A stretch of 64,000 bases of DNA, from NCBI GenBank assembly GCA_000934665.2, contig JYFJ02001142.1, positions 62,001 to 126,000 on the forward strand, written 5' to 3'. Below the pieces are notes generated by a model. That model saw only the letters and a program-made list of their open reading frames with translations, did no database searches and had not been told where the DNA came from. The first letter of the stretch is position 1. The number at the start of each line of letters is the position of its first letter. Below are positions 1 to 15,300 of this stretch, piece by piece. Origin of the DNA: Catajapyx aquilonaris. Lineage: Eukaryota. Position numbers and translations under genes: made by a program.

Positions 1-201
1 CCGGTTTGGAAAGAGACAAGAGCCGGCGGGGGAATTGCCACACTCGACACATAATATATTAAAGGATTCCCGGAGCATATTTCGCCAAACTTGGCAGAAT
101 AAAGGCAAACGCTGAAACTTTTCGCTGAAGATGAAAGGGGTGTGCAAGAAAAAGAAACGTAGCAGAAAAAAGTCGTCCAAGAAAGGAAACAGTCCTTCTA
201 A

Positions 202-489
202 TTACTCGGGAACCTTGGCCCCCACAGTTCCTGAGAGGGAATTAAATCTGCTCACGGAACGACAGCTTCCCAACACGTCAAGGAAAAAAATAAGTATATA
301 GTGTCTCTCTTCCCACGCCCATTTCCAAAAGTCTCTTTTCTTTTCTCGCACACTAGATAAAAACCCATAAAACTTATCAGAAAGCCAAGGCCAAATGTTG
401 CTTTCAGTCAAAGAACACTGCACGAATATATAAGCAAGGTCATAATCAACAAAACTATTAAATTTAACATAATCTTCTCTTTTGATCAT
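202..489 (-). mobile_element. Decayed non-LTR retrotransposon (LINE) reverse-transcriptase fragment
   Basis: Translation FVDYDLAYIFV...IWPWL...DVLG..RSVSRFNSLSG resembles the LINE RT segment FVDxxKAYDSV...IWxxL...VxGxxSxxFxxxxG. Degenerate; by-eye match only. Confidence 0.35.
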
Positions 490-1678
490 ATCACTGGCAT
501 TTGGAATAAATTATTCCACTTTAAAGGACAATACAGTAGTGCCAGTCATTCAGAAATTATTCGATCCCTTCTAAAAATGATTCTATTTCATAACCGGGCC
601 AGCATGTTGCAAAACTATGGCGCAATGTTTATCTGCTTACTTTCGAGAAGGCGTGACAAAAGTATTAAATGGGGCCTGTGCTGCGTAAGTGTGGATGAGG
701 AAGGTACTTTCAGATCGTCAAGGCACATTAGCCTCATACTTGGGAACATGATGGCGGTGGGTCTATCACGGACAGAAATTTTAATTTCCCGTTATATGCA
801 GGTTCCTCGCCCCCGTACAGGTTTAGTAAGATGCCAGTTTTAATTTACTGCGCACAGCGTGTAATACCACACTTTAATCCTACAAATGAATCAAGGATTC
901 AATTTAAAATAATAACGGAACCGAACCTTTATCACTCGGCCAGGCAGCCGTGTAATACACTCGAATAATGTATCTAAACCATTATATTCCAAAACGCCTT
1001 TTACCACGTGAAACACTCGTTTGACTACGTACGCCGCACCTGTTAAGCCGATTTGGGAGGACACGAGAAAAATTGTTGACAGGTGCATGACTAAGTGGTG
1101 GTTTAGTAACACATCACCTGGCGAAGGAAGAAAAAAAATATTCTCTCATATGCACAGTTGACTGCTGACATCGTCATATCCGCCCTAAACGGACGGGTCC
1201 TTTTTTTTATATACACACTGTATATACCTTGGGCTCTTTGTTTGAGAAGACGTGTGGGAACCAGAAGTGCGGGGAATTGCCTGGTAGGTATAAGGCTCCA
1301 TTGTTCGAAGGCGAAGGAAGAAAGGAAGAAGGGAAATGAGCGTGGCTGCTTCGTTAGTTGCTGCAAGTAGGCAATTGGGGTGGCAAAGTGGAAAAAGAGC
1401 CCAATTATCCGCCGGCTACTGCCTTCGGGCTGCCATTGAAAGGGGCCCCACATGAGCAAGCAGAAGAAGAAGAGTCGTGTCCACCACGCTCCCGCCCTGG
1501 CTTTATTCTAATTTCGACCAGTTTCACAGAAATATTAAAGGGTTGGCGGGGGGGGGGGGGNGGGGGGGGGGGAACTAATCCTTCCTTCGTTTGAATGAAA
1601 ACCTCGCCGGATTTACTCCCAAATTGAAGGCGGAGCTTCCTGTTTAACTGTTTAAGCACAAAAACAGCAGGGACTGAC

Positions 1679-2192
1679 CTTTAGTTGAATCCGGAGGGAG
1701 CTGTCGGTGGTCGTCGTCGTCGTCTGTCAGGCTGCAGTCGCTGTCTATGTGCGGGATTAGTCCAGCGACCGCCTCGAGTGGACAGGCCTGTGTTGAGCTG
1801 TCCCTGGTTTGTACAGGACAGCAGGGTCCCAATGCGGCTCCCCTGCATGGACACTGCGTCCACCTCCTTCGGCTGGATCCGTCCTGGTCCTCCGGAGGCG
1901 CACATGCCCACCACACTACCAGCTGGTCCATGGGGATGCGCTCAACCCCTCTCTCCACCCCCACCACCAAGTTCCTCACCAAACCCAACACTCTGTCCCC
2001 ACCGTCCTCATCGTCACCTTTGCTGTTATCCTCATCTTCTTCCGTCGCTTCATCGTCGTCTTCGTCCACCGCCGCCGCCTCCTCCAGCCACTGATGCAGC
2101 CGTCCTGGATGACGCAGCATCGTCTCTGGAGCCACGGCGCTACACACTTTCCCTCCCAGCTTCCACACTGCTGCCAACTCGCAATGTCCGTC
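1679..2192 (-). CDS. RhoGEF gene coding exon (DGHCELAAVW...PPDSTK)
   Basis: Acceptor tattttcag| at 2193, donor AAAG|gtcagt at 1678; open frame with an acidic insert; in frame with exon 2321-2485. Confidence 0.8.
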
Positions 2193-3339
2193 CTGAAAAT
2201 AATAGAAAATGTTAAAACTCCATTTGAACGATGCAGCCTGTTCCATATCCATGCTCTTGTTCTATATCGGGCCATTCATTTCCTTCTGGCAACCCATGAA
2301 TGAAGTGTGAAATACCTCACCTGCGTGGATTTCCGGATGCACACGTAGCAGTCACCGTTCCTGAGAAGCTCCGGGTCCAGCAACCCCAAGTGAAGCACCA
2401 CCCGCCGACTCCCCCAGGTCAAAGGCCAACCGAGGTCGCCCTCCTCCAACTCGTCGTCCTCCTCCTCTTCACACCCTCCTTGCCTCTGCAAATGGAACAT
2501 TAGCACCATTTAGCCTCGTGAAATTTGTTGCTTTCGGATGGATGGCACGTCAATGTGGATCATTATGACATGCCGCGGATTGAATTGGTCCCCTCCCTCC
2601 CCCTGCATGGAAGAGGAAGTGGGGCGGAGGGAGCCTGATGGATGACCTCGTCCCTCGGAGGCCGACTACCAACCAACCAACCAACCAACCAACCAGCTCA
2701 GCAACTTCTATGATACCCCCTCCACCCTTATAATAATCCCAGCACTCATTCCGTCCTCCTGCTGCCCATTCAGCAATAGAACAACCAGCAATAAGCCGTA
2801 ATGGGCCGGGACAGATGCTGGCACCGGCATGGCACCGCATATCTTGTGCTGCGGTCAACACGTGGCCTCCCACAAATGGCCACAATTGGGAGCCAATTGA
2901 TCCCCGCTGATCTGTGTGCTTAGGGGTCTCGTGTGTTTGTTGTTTCGTATGACACATCCCCAGACTCTTAAAGGACGGACGCAAGGCCGAGCTTTTCCTG
3001 CTCGGACCACTTTTTTACCCGCATTGTACTGTGTATGCCCGACGTGTCATCTAAATAAAGCTGAGACTCAAACCTTGTACCAGGCTGGGGGAAAACACAA
3101 GATTGCATGCTGCATGTTTGTTGGAAATGAAAAGAGAAGACAGACAAGATCGATGCTGGTAATGGAAGAAAAAGGTCCGGATTAATGGCCCAGGGGAAGA
3201 AGGGATAGTAGCTGCCATCTCCGCCAAGCCCCACCTACAACACCATCACTATAATCCAGGTGGCCAGACCCCCACACAACCAAAAGCAAGCAGATGGAAC
3301 TGGAAGAAAGGGTCGATATATTCCAGCAGTGTGTGCCCT

Positions 3340-3386
<47 letters not shown>

Positions 3387-6300
3387 CACACCTGCCCTTT
3401 TCGCTCAGCTGGGGCAATATATGAAAAACCTTACACCTGGCGCACCCTCGCAGCTTCCCCTGCGGAAAATAAACACCCTCTTTTGGGTGCTGCACATCCA
3501 TGGAGGAAGTAACACCCATCCCCCAGCGCAGCACGAAGACAATAAAAACCACTTTTATCCCTCCACCTACCATCTCCGACAGGAACATAAATCGCAGTTT
3601 GCCTTTACTGTAAGCACAATAAACCTCCACTATTTGGCATCGTTCGCGGATGCAGTGACCTTTGTAGGCGCGCCGGGGCAAAACACCCTTATGCCATAAC
3701 ACTTACCCCATTGACCCGGTAACGAGATGCAAATCAATGGATTGCCCGGCCGGATTTCCATCACCGTTTTAAATGCCAAAAAGTGTCCCCCAGGATCCGC
3801 GTAGGTGTGAAAGGGTTTTGCGTAGGTGTAAAGGACAAGCGTGGTCGTGATCGGAGTTTAGGAAGAGGAGGCGGGTATCCCCTTATGCTGCGTGGTCCGG
3901 GCCGAAGGGCGGATCCTGGGAAAGAGTTTGGCAAGTGGTTCTTTGGAATGTCGTTTCCAAACACAAAACTGCACCTTTGTGTATCTTTCCCCCTCCGGGC
4001 GACCATCGGCAAAGGAATGCATTCGCAGCAGGTGCCACTGAAGAACAAGTGTGTATATGCCTGAGTCGCTGATGGCCATTATGCTTCTCAATTGGAAGCA
4101 AATCCGACGCCCTTGTTACGCTTTGATTCCGGGGGACTAAAAACGGTCCCATAAATCTCCGGGACTCTTGTAGAAAAACGACGGGGATGAATGATGATGA
4201 CGGTGCGGATGAGGGGAAGTTGCCGGAAGGAACGAAACAAGGAAGAAGGTCATTCTTTCCACGAGCATTCCCCAGCACGTGCTCAGCCAAAAAGCTTCTC
4301 AAGACCGGTCCATAAAAGTGACAGAACGGAGGCCTTTCCCTCGGAATGTCATTATTTTCAAGCACATGTTTTGTACGAGTGTGTACACGCCTGTAAGTTT
4401 TTTTTATTGCCCCCTTAGAGAAGGAAATGTCTTGTATTACTTTTCGAGAGGAATGGACGAAACAATGGGAGGATTCAATGCCCCTAGGATCGTTGAGGAA
4501 TGAATGGCCCAGGCTTTCACGCCTCCTGCATTTCGGCAGGATCCGATTTTTTTTCTCTCTCTCTTCTTCTTCTAGTTTGTCTCCTAGGGAGCGGAACGAC
4601 GCAATTGGCACTAATCTGATTTCTGATGGCGGTTATGCCTCCCAACACGGCCAGCCTGGAGGGATTGACCACAACTCTTTCCCTCTTGCGCCGATGTTCC
4701 TAAGGAACCGCCCTTTAGCTGGCGACTCCAGCAGGCAGGTCAGTCACGACCTCCGAAGCCGCCTTGAAGTTTCTTTTAGCCTGACCCTACTAAACCTGCT
4801 CACTGCCGGACCTTATTATTTACCGTACACCGTCCAGTGTTTAGACTAGATAAATCTCCGCTTATGAAAAGTGTATTTAATTATTTCTCCCCTAGCCCTA
4901 GCAAGCAAGCCCCCCTGTGAGACTTGGAGTGGATGAGAGTGTGCCCAGATGGGCGTGCAAGGGATGAGATCAAATGGCACGTATGTTCCCCTCTCCTTTC
5001 CGGAACCTATGAAGGTCTGCTTCCTTTTGTTGGGTATCCCCCCTCTGATGGCGCCCTACCGGAGCCTGCTATTTGCTTTAGCAGTTGGTCACATAATACG
5101 GGAGGACTTCCCACGCACATCCCCAGGCTGGAACCGATCAATCTATATATTCGGCAGTGGGGGGAGGCGGGGGGGAAGGAACCGCTGACATGAAGCTTGG
5201 TAATGGAAAGTGGGTAAGGAGGAAGGAAGGGGGCCAATGGCGCCGGCGGTATAGTGTTGAGGAGCCATCAAATTACGGGCTCTCAACACACTCACCTACA
5301 TCTTGTATTCTTCAATCTGGCTGCAACTGCAGCCATTTAGGTTGACCACGCTCCGGGACGCCACACGTTTCTTTCGCTATCACTTGCCAATTATCTCGAC
5401 CCCTTCAATTACTCACACTCGGTGCCCCCACTCATTTGGGACATCCCCCAATTGCACGCCTCGGATAATTTGCCAGAACAATGCAAAATAAGCTGGGGGA
5501 CAATTTGAGAAAAGTTCGCAATATTGCAAGTTTATTTTTGGGTCTTAGCCCAAAAATTGAGAATAGCCATTCCAAGAGTCCGGAATGGCTCAATCACGAA
5601 CTGAACCAGTGCAGTAGTACAGTTCTCCTGAAAGGCCATCACGCCTCTTTTGCAACAGAAAAAGGCGATGGCATATTTTTAGCCAGATAATCCTGACCGA
5701 AAGGGGACGACGCCTCGATCAATTTTCTCCAGCAGACCATACACAGGTATCGCCCAGAATATGACTCCCGAGACTTTCTTGTCGACGCTCGCCTTTCACA
5801 CGCTTTTTCCAACGCTCTTTTCACTCAACTTGGGGCTTCACTAATCAGTCTTTCTCCCAGCCTGTTAATGATGAGAACACTGCATCCTACGCACTTGAAC
5901 TTCACAGCCTGAGACCCCTATATTAGGACGACGGGACAACATGCAAACCCAGTCGAGCGTCCCTCCCAGCTAAAACAGACCCCCACACACTCTCCCCCCC
6001 ACTTCCGAACACACATACACACACGTCAAGGTCCCGTTGTGACTAACGGATCCCGCGCCTAAAATGTAGACAGGCATATATGTGCGTGTGCACAATCAGC
6101 AGCACTTTCTCCTCTTTGGTCCTTTTGCTGGGTGTTGTCTCTTTAGCCCCCTTCCGATGACTAATTATGATGAGCAAGAGAGCGACATTATACGTCCGTC
6201 ATCAGGTCGCCATTTGGCCGATGGCAAATTTCTCTTTGTTTTATTTATTGTCAGCGGAAGGTCCACTTTATTCATCTGGCGCGTTATGAAAATATAATCA

Positions 6301-8918
6301 GGCCACAGTCGGGCTTGGAATTATTTAACACGCGACATGCACTTTGGAGCAGCTACCGAGTTTAGTCCTATTAAGTTATCAAAAGTTGGCACGTTACTTT
6401 AACTTGCAAATTCCTGCTGGGTGCATGCCAATGCCTTCCCGTTTTTTCACCTTCTCTTTTTATCAAGGGAAAGGTGTGGACCGTGGAGCTCGATAACATC
6501 CTGGGAGGCAGACAAAACTGCAGGTCAAGATAAGCCTCAAAAGGTTCACGCCGGTCGACAATGATATGCCAGAATATAACTGAAACCCTTTGAAATTATT
6601 GGCCTTCGAAAATTGGCCTGCCTCAAAATCTGATTAGCTGAGCAGGTCATGCCACATAACGCCAGTCTCAATTCTCTGTATCCTATGAAGACATCTCGGG
6701 GAAACAAAAGATGAGACATTCCGTTTCCCTCTTGGGCAGTGTACAGTTAGGTCCACCTCTCATTAGGCTTTTATCGTGACAAAAATCAAATTGCGGTTCG
6801 CCATCCGGCTGTTTATTGCCAGGTTTTTCTTTCTGTTGACCACCCTCCATTTCTTCGAGGGTATACAGCGGAATGTGGAGTGTGACGAATAAAATGGAAT
6901 CAGGACGATCGGTGTGGATCCTCTTCTTGCCAGTTTGCTGCCTTCTTTATTCACTTTCTCCACGCCTTCCTTCCATGAGATAATGGGGCAGTCTCAGGCA
7001 ACACGGTCCAGATCAAGATTGCAACTAGCTCGTGACGGCCACTGCCTCCTCCTCCTTGACGTCCCCTGACGCAACACCCAACAGCACCCATCACCGGTGT
7101 GGCACCAGCATTTATCCGACATCTACCCCGTCAAATATCCGTCGAGCCTCGAGGGCAACTCCTCCTCCTTTTTCCTTTGACATTATTCCCCGAGCCAATT
7201 TCCTTGGTCTTCAATCATACGGTAACTGCTGTCGTCTTTTGTCGGCTCCAAAAGTGGTCCACGCGACTGCCAAATGTGGCTCATCAAACGACGGTTCGCC
7301 CTAAATAGATACTCCAGGCACTACAAATAATGTACGGTCGCATAAATTCAAAACGGCACCCTGCAGGTCTCCCAATTACCCCCTACATTGTAGCATGCAA
7401 ACGAAATGCTAATCAACCTGTAAGGTGACGTCACCCTCGATATATCACTGATCAGCACAAGGACTAAATAGTAGCGAGATGACCTCATATTTATTAGGAA
7501 CAAAAACAATCTCAATGCCAGTGGTTGAAATCGAAAAAAATATAACGCACGCTAAGGTGATTGGACGGCTATAATCAAGGTGAGATTAAAATATGCAAAG
7601 TTTCACCCAATATTATCTAGTGTCGTTATTACGCCCGCGGGGAAAGACATAACAATTAATTGTTTTCGGTGTGAATTAGCTTGCAGAGAGAGTTATCATT
7701 GCAAACATGCAACTCACGACATTTCCTTACCGAAAAACTTTCCCTCGTACAATGCAATCTGTATCACGCCATTCTGATGAGCTTCGTTTTTGGCTCCACC
7801 GCATTGCAGCTCAATGATTTTTTTTTTCATTCTTAGCTTAGTTTTTTTTCTTAGAAGAGTTCCAGGTGGCAGACTGTTGCTAAGAAGTGGGCAAGTTGGC
7901 TAACGGCAAAGATGCGAAACTGATTGGAGAGTTAAGCACAAGGGACCAGTCAGAAAACCTAGCCAAGGCCAGCCGCTTTAATACCTTTAGAACTTCCCTA
8001 CAACTTCTGCCAGCCATTTCGCAACAACAAAAAAGGTCTCCTAAAAATTAACCATAATTCTGTACTCGGTTATTACGCCTTGGCCTCTGACTCTGCACTT
8101 TTTCCATGACGGGGCTTGCTATTTTGTTTCTTCCCATCACGGAAAAAGGAAGGACTGGTTTTCAATCAATACCTCCGTGCAAATTTTACTGCAGTAAACA
8201 CAACAACAGTAGCACACATTCTCAAAATAGCAAATTTGCATATTCAGGAAGGGAGCCATTCCAGTTCATTTCAGAAGCCAATTTCCCTGATAATATCTCG
8301 AATGGTCCAGCCGGGAGTTATAAAAGGAATTGGACAATAGTCGGCGTAACCAGGATTCCCGGTTGGCAAATCTCAAAAAATCGTGAGCTGCAAAGTGGAC
8401 GAGTCTAGTACCAATTGGGTCAGGCCGTGTCCTTGTCCCACCGTAGTGAAAGTGACAAGAGGGAGACGTACGGCTGTTCCGTTTTTTTATTATTATTCTA
8501 CCTCCTCTTCTTTTTTTTTACTATTCAAGGGTTGTCAACTCCCATGCACCTGACTCGTGGGTACTCCTCCTATTAAATTAGCTGGATACACCCGCCCTGC
8601 ACACTCCAGACCAACCAAGCATTGCCGCCATGCTCAAAAGCCCATCATTGCACTCAAGGCTATCCTATTTTGGGGGACTTGCAACCAGGTGAGTTATTAC
8701 TCTTGGGACTAAAAACAATAATTTCCTCTGTCCACAAATGGACTCCTTAGCCTTCCTTCTTGCACACTTCGGAATATTGCTTCCACCTTTTGAACTCATT
8801 GGCCACCTTGACAGGTAAAAGTGCCACACAGCTGTTCAGACCTGCATTACGGATCTGGAGCTGAAGGACAGGAATTAGTATGGGAAGTTCAAACAGGAGA
8901 TACGGCTAGGGGTGGGCC

Positions 8919-8962
<44 letters not shown>

Positions 8963-9336
8963 TGTGAAGGTCGTTGTCGCGAATAATATTTGGCTAGGAG
9001 CAACACAGCAGGTATTCAGCAAGCCACATAGGCGGAAGTGAACCTATATTCGCACTTCCATAACCTGCCTGAAGTCACAGCGTAACAGCGGCAACAAAAA
9101 GTTTTGCTTATTGCTACTCGATCTGCTGGATGACTTCTCCCTTCCGCCTATCAACAATACTTGGCCAGTCCCCGAATCCTTCCGGGCATTGTAGGCTCAC
9201 TCTTCCAGTTCCTTTTCACATCTATCTCGCAGGCTGCCTAATCCACCAATGCCATTTTCCTAAGCCCAATAAATCATCTGACACTAAACACTGCAATTAA
9301 AACTTTCAGCTATCGTAATCATCATCATCATCATCA

Positions 9337-9387
<51 letters not shown>

Positions 9388-12300
9388 CAGAGTCAACAAT
9401 ACCGGCGGAAGTAAAACCTGGTGTTACAAATAAGCCTTGTTATCATGTTCTGATCACATATGTGAAAGGAAAATACACTTCCAAAACATTTAAAACATGT
9501 GTTTTCACGATACTTAAGCAAAGTAAACAAAACAATCGGAACAAAGGTGAGAAAGGAAAAGCCGCAGAGGTATATGCTCGGAACATATGGAGGTGCCATG
9601 TGCTCTATGCTACTAAATTAACAATGATCGAATGTTGACGAATTCCGGATATTACGTAATTGCATAATGTAAAATTCATTAGCTTAATCAGCACGAGCCC
9701 CCAAAAAATCGCAGCAAAGTACTATTATTTACGAACCATTGCCTCTAAAAAATATGGGTCAGATTATCCAGTGATGATCTTAATGGCATGCAAATTACCA
9801 CAAAAAATTACGGATAATTGTAGAATAAACAGAAAGCGTACTGAGACCTGCCTGTAAAACGCATCTGTGGGAACCACAATAATCGTGCTGTGGTGGGTTA
9901 TGTGAACTTTATGTCGCGTGGAATCCAGCAGCGTGCACAGTGGCTATCTGTCTCCAGCACAAGAGAAAGACGACAATCGCAAGAGAGGTGGAAAGATGGA
10001 AAAGAGTGAAAGCGTGAAATATAATAAAAAAAGAGGCAGAAGACGACTATATCATTCCCAGAAACTTCCTCCATCTCTCACAAAAATATACTTCTTTTTT
10101 TCATCTGACTTGAAAAGAGGCCCACAAGACTGCCAGACCCTTCAACTTCGGGTCCCAAACTTTTTTCCGTCCCCTTTATATTCCGCTTTGGCGCCATTTA
10201 AATTTAGCTGCCAAAATATATCTGGTTGGAAAAAAAACGAGGGGTGGCCCTGGCAACGTCCCCAAATTCCAACTAGTTGAGCATTTACTAACTGCGGCTT
10301 CCTTAACTATTCCAGCACCGATTCATTCATGTTGTCAACCACCGAGGGGGTGGCCTTTGACCCATAGCCCTTGACACTGCCCTTCTTTGTCCAATATCTG
10401 TGGGATCCATCCCGCTACCCAGCTCTTTGGAGCGTGGAACCTTTGACGCTTTTTGAAACGTGTCCATCAACATTTTCGCCAACTTCCTGGCTGGGAAACT
10501 CCCAACTGGTTCCAGCAATTTATTTATATTTTTTTGACCCCCCATACCAATGAACGTCATTTTTTTTCTTAAAGCGATAAGAAAAACGGCCAGATTTATG
10601 GATATAGACGCCAGCTGAGGAACGGATCCGCCGCAATTACCGGGTCCCATTCGTCATAATTTTGAGTCCAGGTGTGGCCCTGTATCAGGAAATTATGCTC
10701 CACAACTCCTCCTTCCCCCTCTTTAAATTGCGCCCTTCCAAAATTTATTTCACCCTCATCTAAACTGAAATGGCCCGCCAGAAGGGGAACTTTACGACTC
10801 TTCATTCATGGCACAAATCTGGCAGCCCCCAATATCTACGTACCAACACTGGAGAAATATGGGTAACATATTAAATTAAAATATGGAAATAATTGCAGCA
10901 TTTTTTGGAAGGAGCTTTGTGCATATGGTGACAATAAAATAATATTATTTAAAAAAGTTGATTACCCGCCATGGTTTCTCTTTCAAAGGAAGTTTGCAAG
11001 AAATGGCCATAAAGCCATAATTTGCAATAGACGTCGATTGCCGTAATAGCTGCTGTATCTGCAGTATTGCAACTTGGGAAAAAAATCTCAAGAACTGGCT
11101 AACCTTGCAAACCCTCTTCGGGAAGGGCACCCTGCAATGCAAATGCCGAGAAAGTGCAAAATTGTGTAATATTCCCAACTATTATCCCTACCTACATAGC
11201 ATGGGACCAGCTGTCACCCTGGGCACAAAAAAAGGCCAACCCACCCCCGCTTGAATTGGCAAACCCGAACCAGCAGGCGCTCACCGGCCGTGAATCTGGC
11301 GGCAACACAACAAAGACCTCTCTAGCCGGGTCCATGAACTTGGCCAGTGCTCCAAAAATAGAGTGTGCCTCCAGGGGAGGTTGGTTTGGTGCAGCAGACA
11401 CACGTGGGTCGAGGTTATTGTCTGGACATGGCAAAAGGGCATGGAGGTGTAAATGTTACAAGAGGAAGTTACCTTCCATAAGGAGGTGACAACGGATGTC
11501 CGTTGCTCCAGGCAGCTGGGGAGAGTTCTTTTCCCGCCGAGTGAGTGAGGGCGTCTGAGCAACAGACCAATGCAAGTCCGCCTCCGCAACCAGCAAACCC
11601 CCCCTTTCCACCAACCAGCCTTGCCTCGACTGTGCTGCCCTCTGAAGTTACCACCAACTACAAACGGCCAAGCAGCTGCCCACTGGTCAGGCCGGAAAAA
11701 ATACCACTGGACATTACCATACATTGCTCCAAAAAAAACCGAAATTGTACGCCAATAATTAATATAATTTTTGCCTAATGAAATTAAGTGCCGAGGTTCA
11801 AATTTGGCCTACCTTGTTTATGCAAATATTACATGTTTTTGCGTTCAGGGCTTGCAGTTCAGCAACTGACTATAAACAGTTATTACATTATGTTTTTGTT
11901 GCGCTCTCCCGCCAATTTCTGCCAAAGGGATCAATGAACGCGTTGGAGGGACTGCAATATGGTAATTCCGGTGCGTGTTGCGAGATTTCGAGCCAATTTT
12001 TGAGTGGGCGGTTACGCTCTTCCAGTTACATGATAATCTTCATTCACCCGCTTTTTTTAACGGTCTCAGGGGTGTCTAAGGGTCACGGCCATTCCTTGAA
12101 CTTAACGTACAGGACGTCCAGACATGTTTTGTTCTCAGAGTACGAGGTGAAATTTTATTTCGAATCTTGCAATTTCAAAAGGCGCTAAAATGCTGGCGAC
12201 AATATTAGTTACCTATATCCGGAGGGGAAACTTATTATTGGTTCCATCTGTAGGTGAATGGGACAGTGAGTCATCCCCCCATTTCCGCCAAGCTGTATAC

Positions 12301-15300
12301 AAAAGAAAACATGCGCAGGCCCTTCTGTCACACACCATTAGATCTGGATGGGGAGACGGCAACATCTATTGAAAGTTTCCAGACTGGAAAAAACTATTCA
12401 CTTTGGCTTATCTGCCTACGCCTACATAGACAGGGCTATATAGTAAACCGTATAGTACCAATAAATCTACCTGCCCTTGACTAGTAAAGATCGTATGATT
12501 GTATACCGAATGTTTTAAAAATACTACAAGTCTCTTGGCCCGGAGGTAACAATGTCTTCATTGATCCAATCCGCTGACAGAACTTCTGCGCACGCATCGC
12601 TGCACCCTGCAAAGTGCCTTCATGAATAGCGTAAAAAATTGATGCCACCAGTCCTCTCGAGATGACACAACATTGAATCCCGCGTGAATGCAAACAATTG
12701 CGCAACTCGCAATCTTGAATTCCGCAAGTGGAGAGCGGAAAGACGGGTCCTGCCAAGGCGTTTAGGCAACACTGCCATGCAAGGGGCTCCATTCACAATT
12801 CAGGCCCCACTTTACAGGCTTTCCTCGACTCTTCAAGAAGAAGAAGGAGGGAAAAAAAAAAGGTGGAAGGTCCTTTGGAGACCCCCATTCACGAGGCAAG
12901 TCCTATCGGTTGACATTTACGACACAAGTTGTCGCTTCCCGGACGGAAGAGATAAATCCCTCTCTCGGAATATTTGCAGGTCGGAGAGAAAGGAAAAGGA
13001 ATTTGGCAGTGGGGAAATGCAGACTGGCATGCCTTGCTTGTAATGAGAGGGCCTAATAAACTGGTTTGTCGAGCAAGCAGAAATAATAATAAAAAAAGTA
13101 GAAGGCAGCAGAAGTTTCCTTCCGCCTGATGGCGCCTCAAAGTAGTTGCCTCATCTTAATTACCATCAGATGGCCATCCTGCAACAGCCTCCATCATTTT
13201 ATACTTTTCCTATATTAATAACATAATTGCTGCCATCCACTTTGAAGGGAAAGTCCGCTTTGATTCTGTCCCCGATCGACAGCAATCTTTTAAAAAATCT
13301 TTTGGTTCCAGCCCCTCCCTCCATTTTTAATTTTTTTTGTGTATTCTCCCCGGAACACACTGCGTTGACTTTTGTAGAAAGCTCCTTTTCCCAATAATTA
13401 AACTTGATGAACCCTTTGTCCGGCCAAGAGCTGGACTGTCAAGCACCTCTCTAGCGAAATTTTTCCAACCAGGCCAATAATGTGTGACAAAAGAGTGGAG
13501 GACGACACATGACAGGTGCGAATAATGACGAGCGCACGTGTGTGTCTAATGGCCCTACACAGATGTGATAAAAAAGAGAAGGTATGGAAGAGAAGGGGTA
13601 GTACCAAGAATACATAACACGTGGCACTAAACATCTGCATAATTATACGATCCAGGGGCAACACTGCAGCTCGAGGCTTATGTATAACACACACTCGACA
13701 CACCTATATGTATGTGTGGGGCTCCAGGGGATGCCTGCATGCATCAGGCCAGAATCTCTCAGCTCGAGTACGTGCTCCCACACTAATCTTCCCGTTCATC
13801 ACCGCCCATCACAAACTCACTTTCGCCCACTCACATGCATTGGGACGGTGTTCTTCATACCCAGGACCAGACTCGCACAGAGAGAGAGAGAGAGAGAGCC
13901 CCATCGGCACAGCCCCAGCCGGTTCGCATGCTCAAAATCTAACGGATTTCTTCCCGCGCACTGCTTATGAATTATGGTGTAATAACCCGCAGTGTTTGCA
14001 CACATGATCTGGTGTTTTCGTTCCACCAGCTACTATACTCAAAAGGCAGAGTGTGGGACGTGGCCATGCACTGATCAGCAATGCAGGCCTTGTGTATGCT
14101 GTAACTTCTCATCCAGATGGTATACAACGCGTTCCGATTGTGGTGTCCTTTATGTAGCTATTTTTGGTACTAATCTGCATATTTTTAAACAGTTACTTAT
14201 ATAGGCGAACCATCAAAATATTAACATCCAAAGCACTAATCACCGAGGAGTTTAAATCAGTGTTCCATAAAACGTTAATTTAATTTCGACAGAATCTGCA
14301 ATTGTAATAACAGTTCATATTGTTTATGAATACCCCCCAGTGTGCACGATGGTATGAATAATATTACACGCGGGTTGGGAGGGAAGCTAATGAATGAAAT
14401 GAAACATGTCAAAAGGCAGCCCTATACCAATGTCATACCGCGCTTTAGGATACTGCAGCAAATCACAGCGCTCTAATCGGTTGACACGTTCATTCTTTCT
14501 TAGGTAATGACACATTTCGTCACTTAGTTCAATTAGCGTCTGATCTAGATGACCTCCTTCGGTCGCCGGTGACCAACCCAGCTGGCATGCGCCTACTCAT
14601 GAACAGTCCCGCAGGTGAATGATATCGCGAATCAAGTTGTGACTGGCCGAAACAGTTTCACGACCTAGCAGACAGGCCAAGAATGCAGTGCTAATATCCG
14701 TAACAATCGATCCCCAGCGAAACTGAGTGTTTAAGAGGTGTGTACGCGCAGATAGAGAGAAAACGTGCGCCCCAGAGAGATGGATATGGAAAAAAAATAA
14801 GGAGGGCAACCTTGGGGCGAGGCTCTCCCGATCATTTGGGGCACGAGCTTCAAAAATGGGGCCAATACCTCCCCAACAATACTCCGCAATAATGACTCAC
14901 CGTGGGTGTTTGAATGAAGAGCCGTCTGAGCAGGCAACTGGCCGAGTCGAGGAAGTGTCGTCGGAACAGAGCCAGATTCCCTCCGAAACCGCAGACGAGG
15001 AAGTCTCTGGCCTCTCTGCCAACAATGGCCTGGGTGCCTTCCAAGCATCGTCGACACCTCAGCACTTCACACAGCAGTTCGCCCACCACTTGGTCCACAG
15101 ACTGCCGAGGGAAGCACACAAACAATTACAACTTCTTGCGCGCAAACACCATTTCGATATGGCTCAGCCAACAATTCGTGCTGCTGATGGGGAGATGGAT
15201 GGATGAAGGTGAAAGAATCAAAGCGAAACAATGGGCGTGACCCTGGGCCCCGGAGATTATAATGGAGTGAGAGCAGGGCAGAGCATGCAAGGAAAGGCAG

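Noticed and set aside
1548..1572. G/C homopolymers containing N (also 35658-35682 and 56332-56363) as possible G-quadruplex elements
   Set aside because: The Ns show unresolved sequence, so lengths are unreliable and may be assembly artefacts.
1685..2503. Plus-strand ORFs with hydrophobic, Ser-rich or Pro-rich stretches that look like small membrane proteins
   Set aside because: They are antisense shadows of the acidic RhoGEF exons; the splice sites and homology are on the minus strand.
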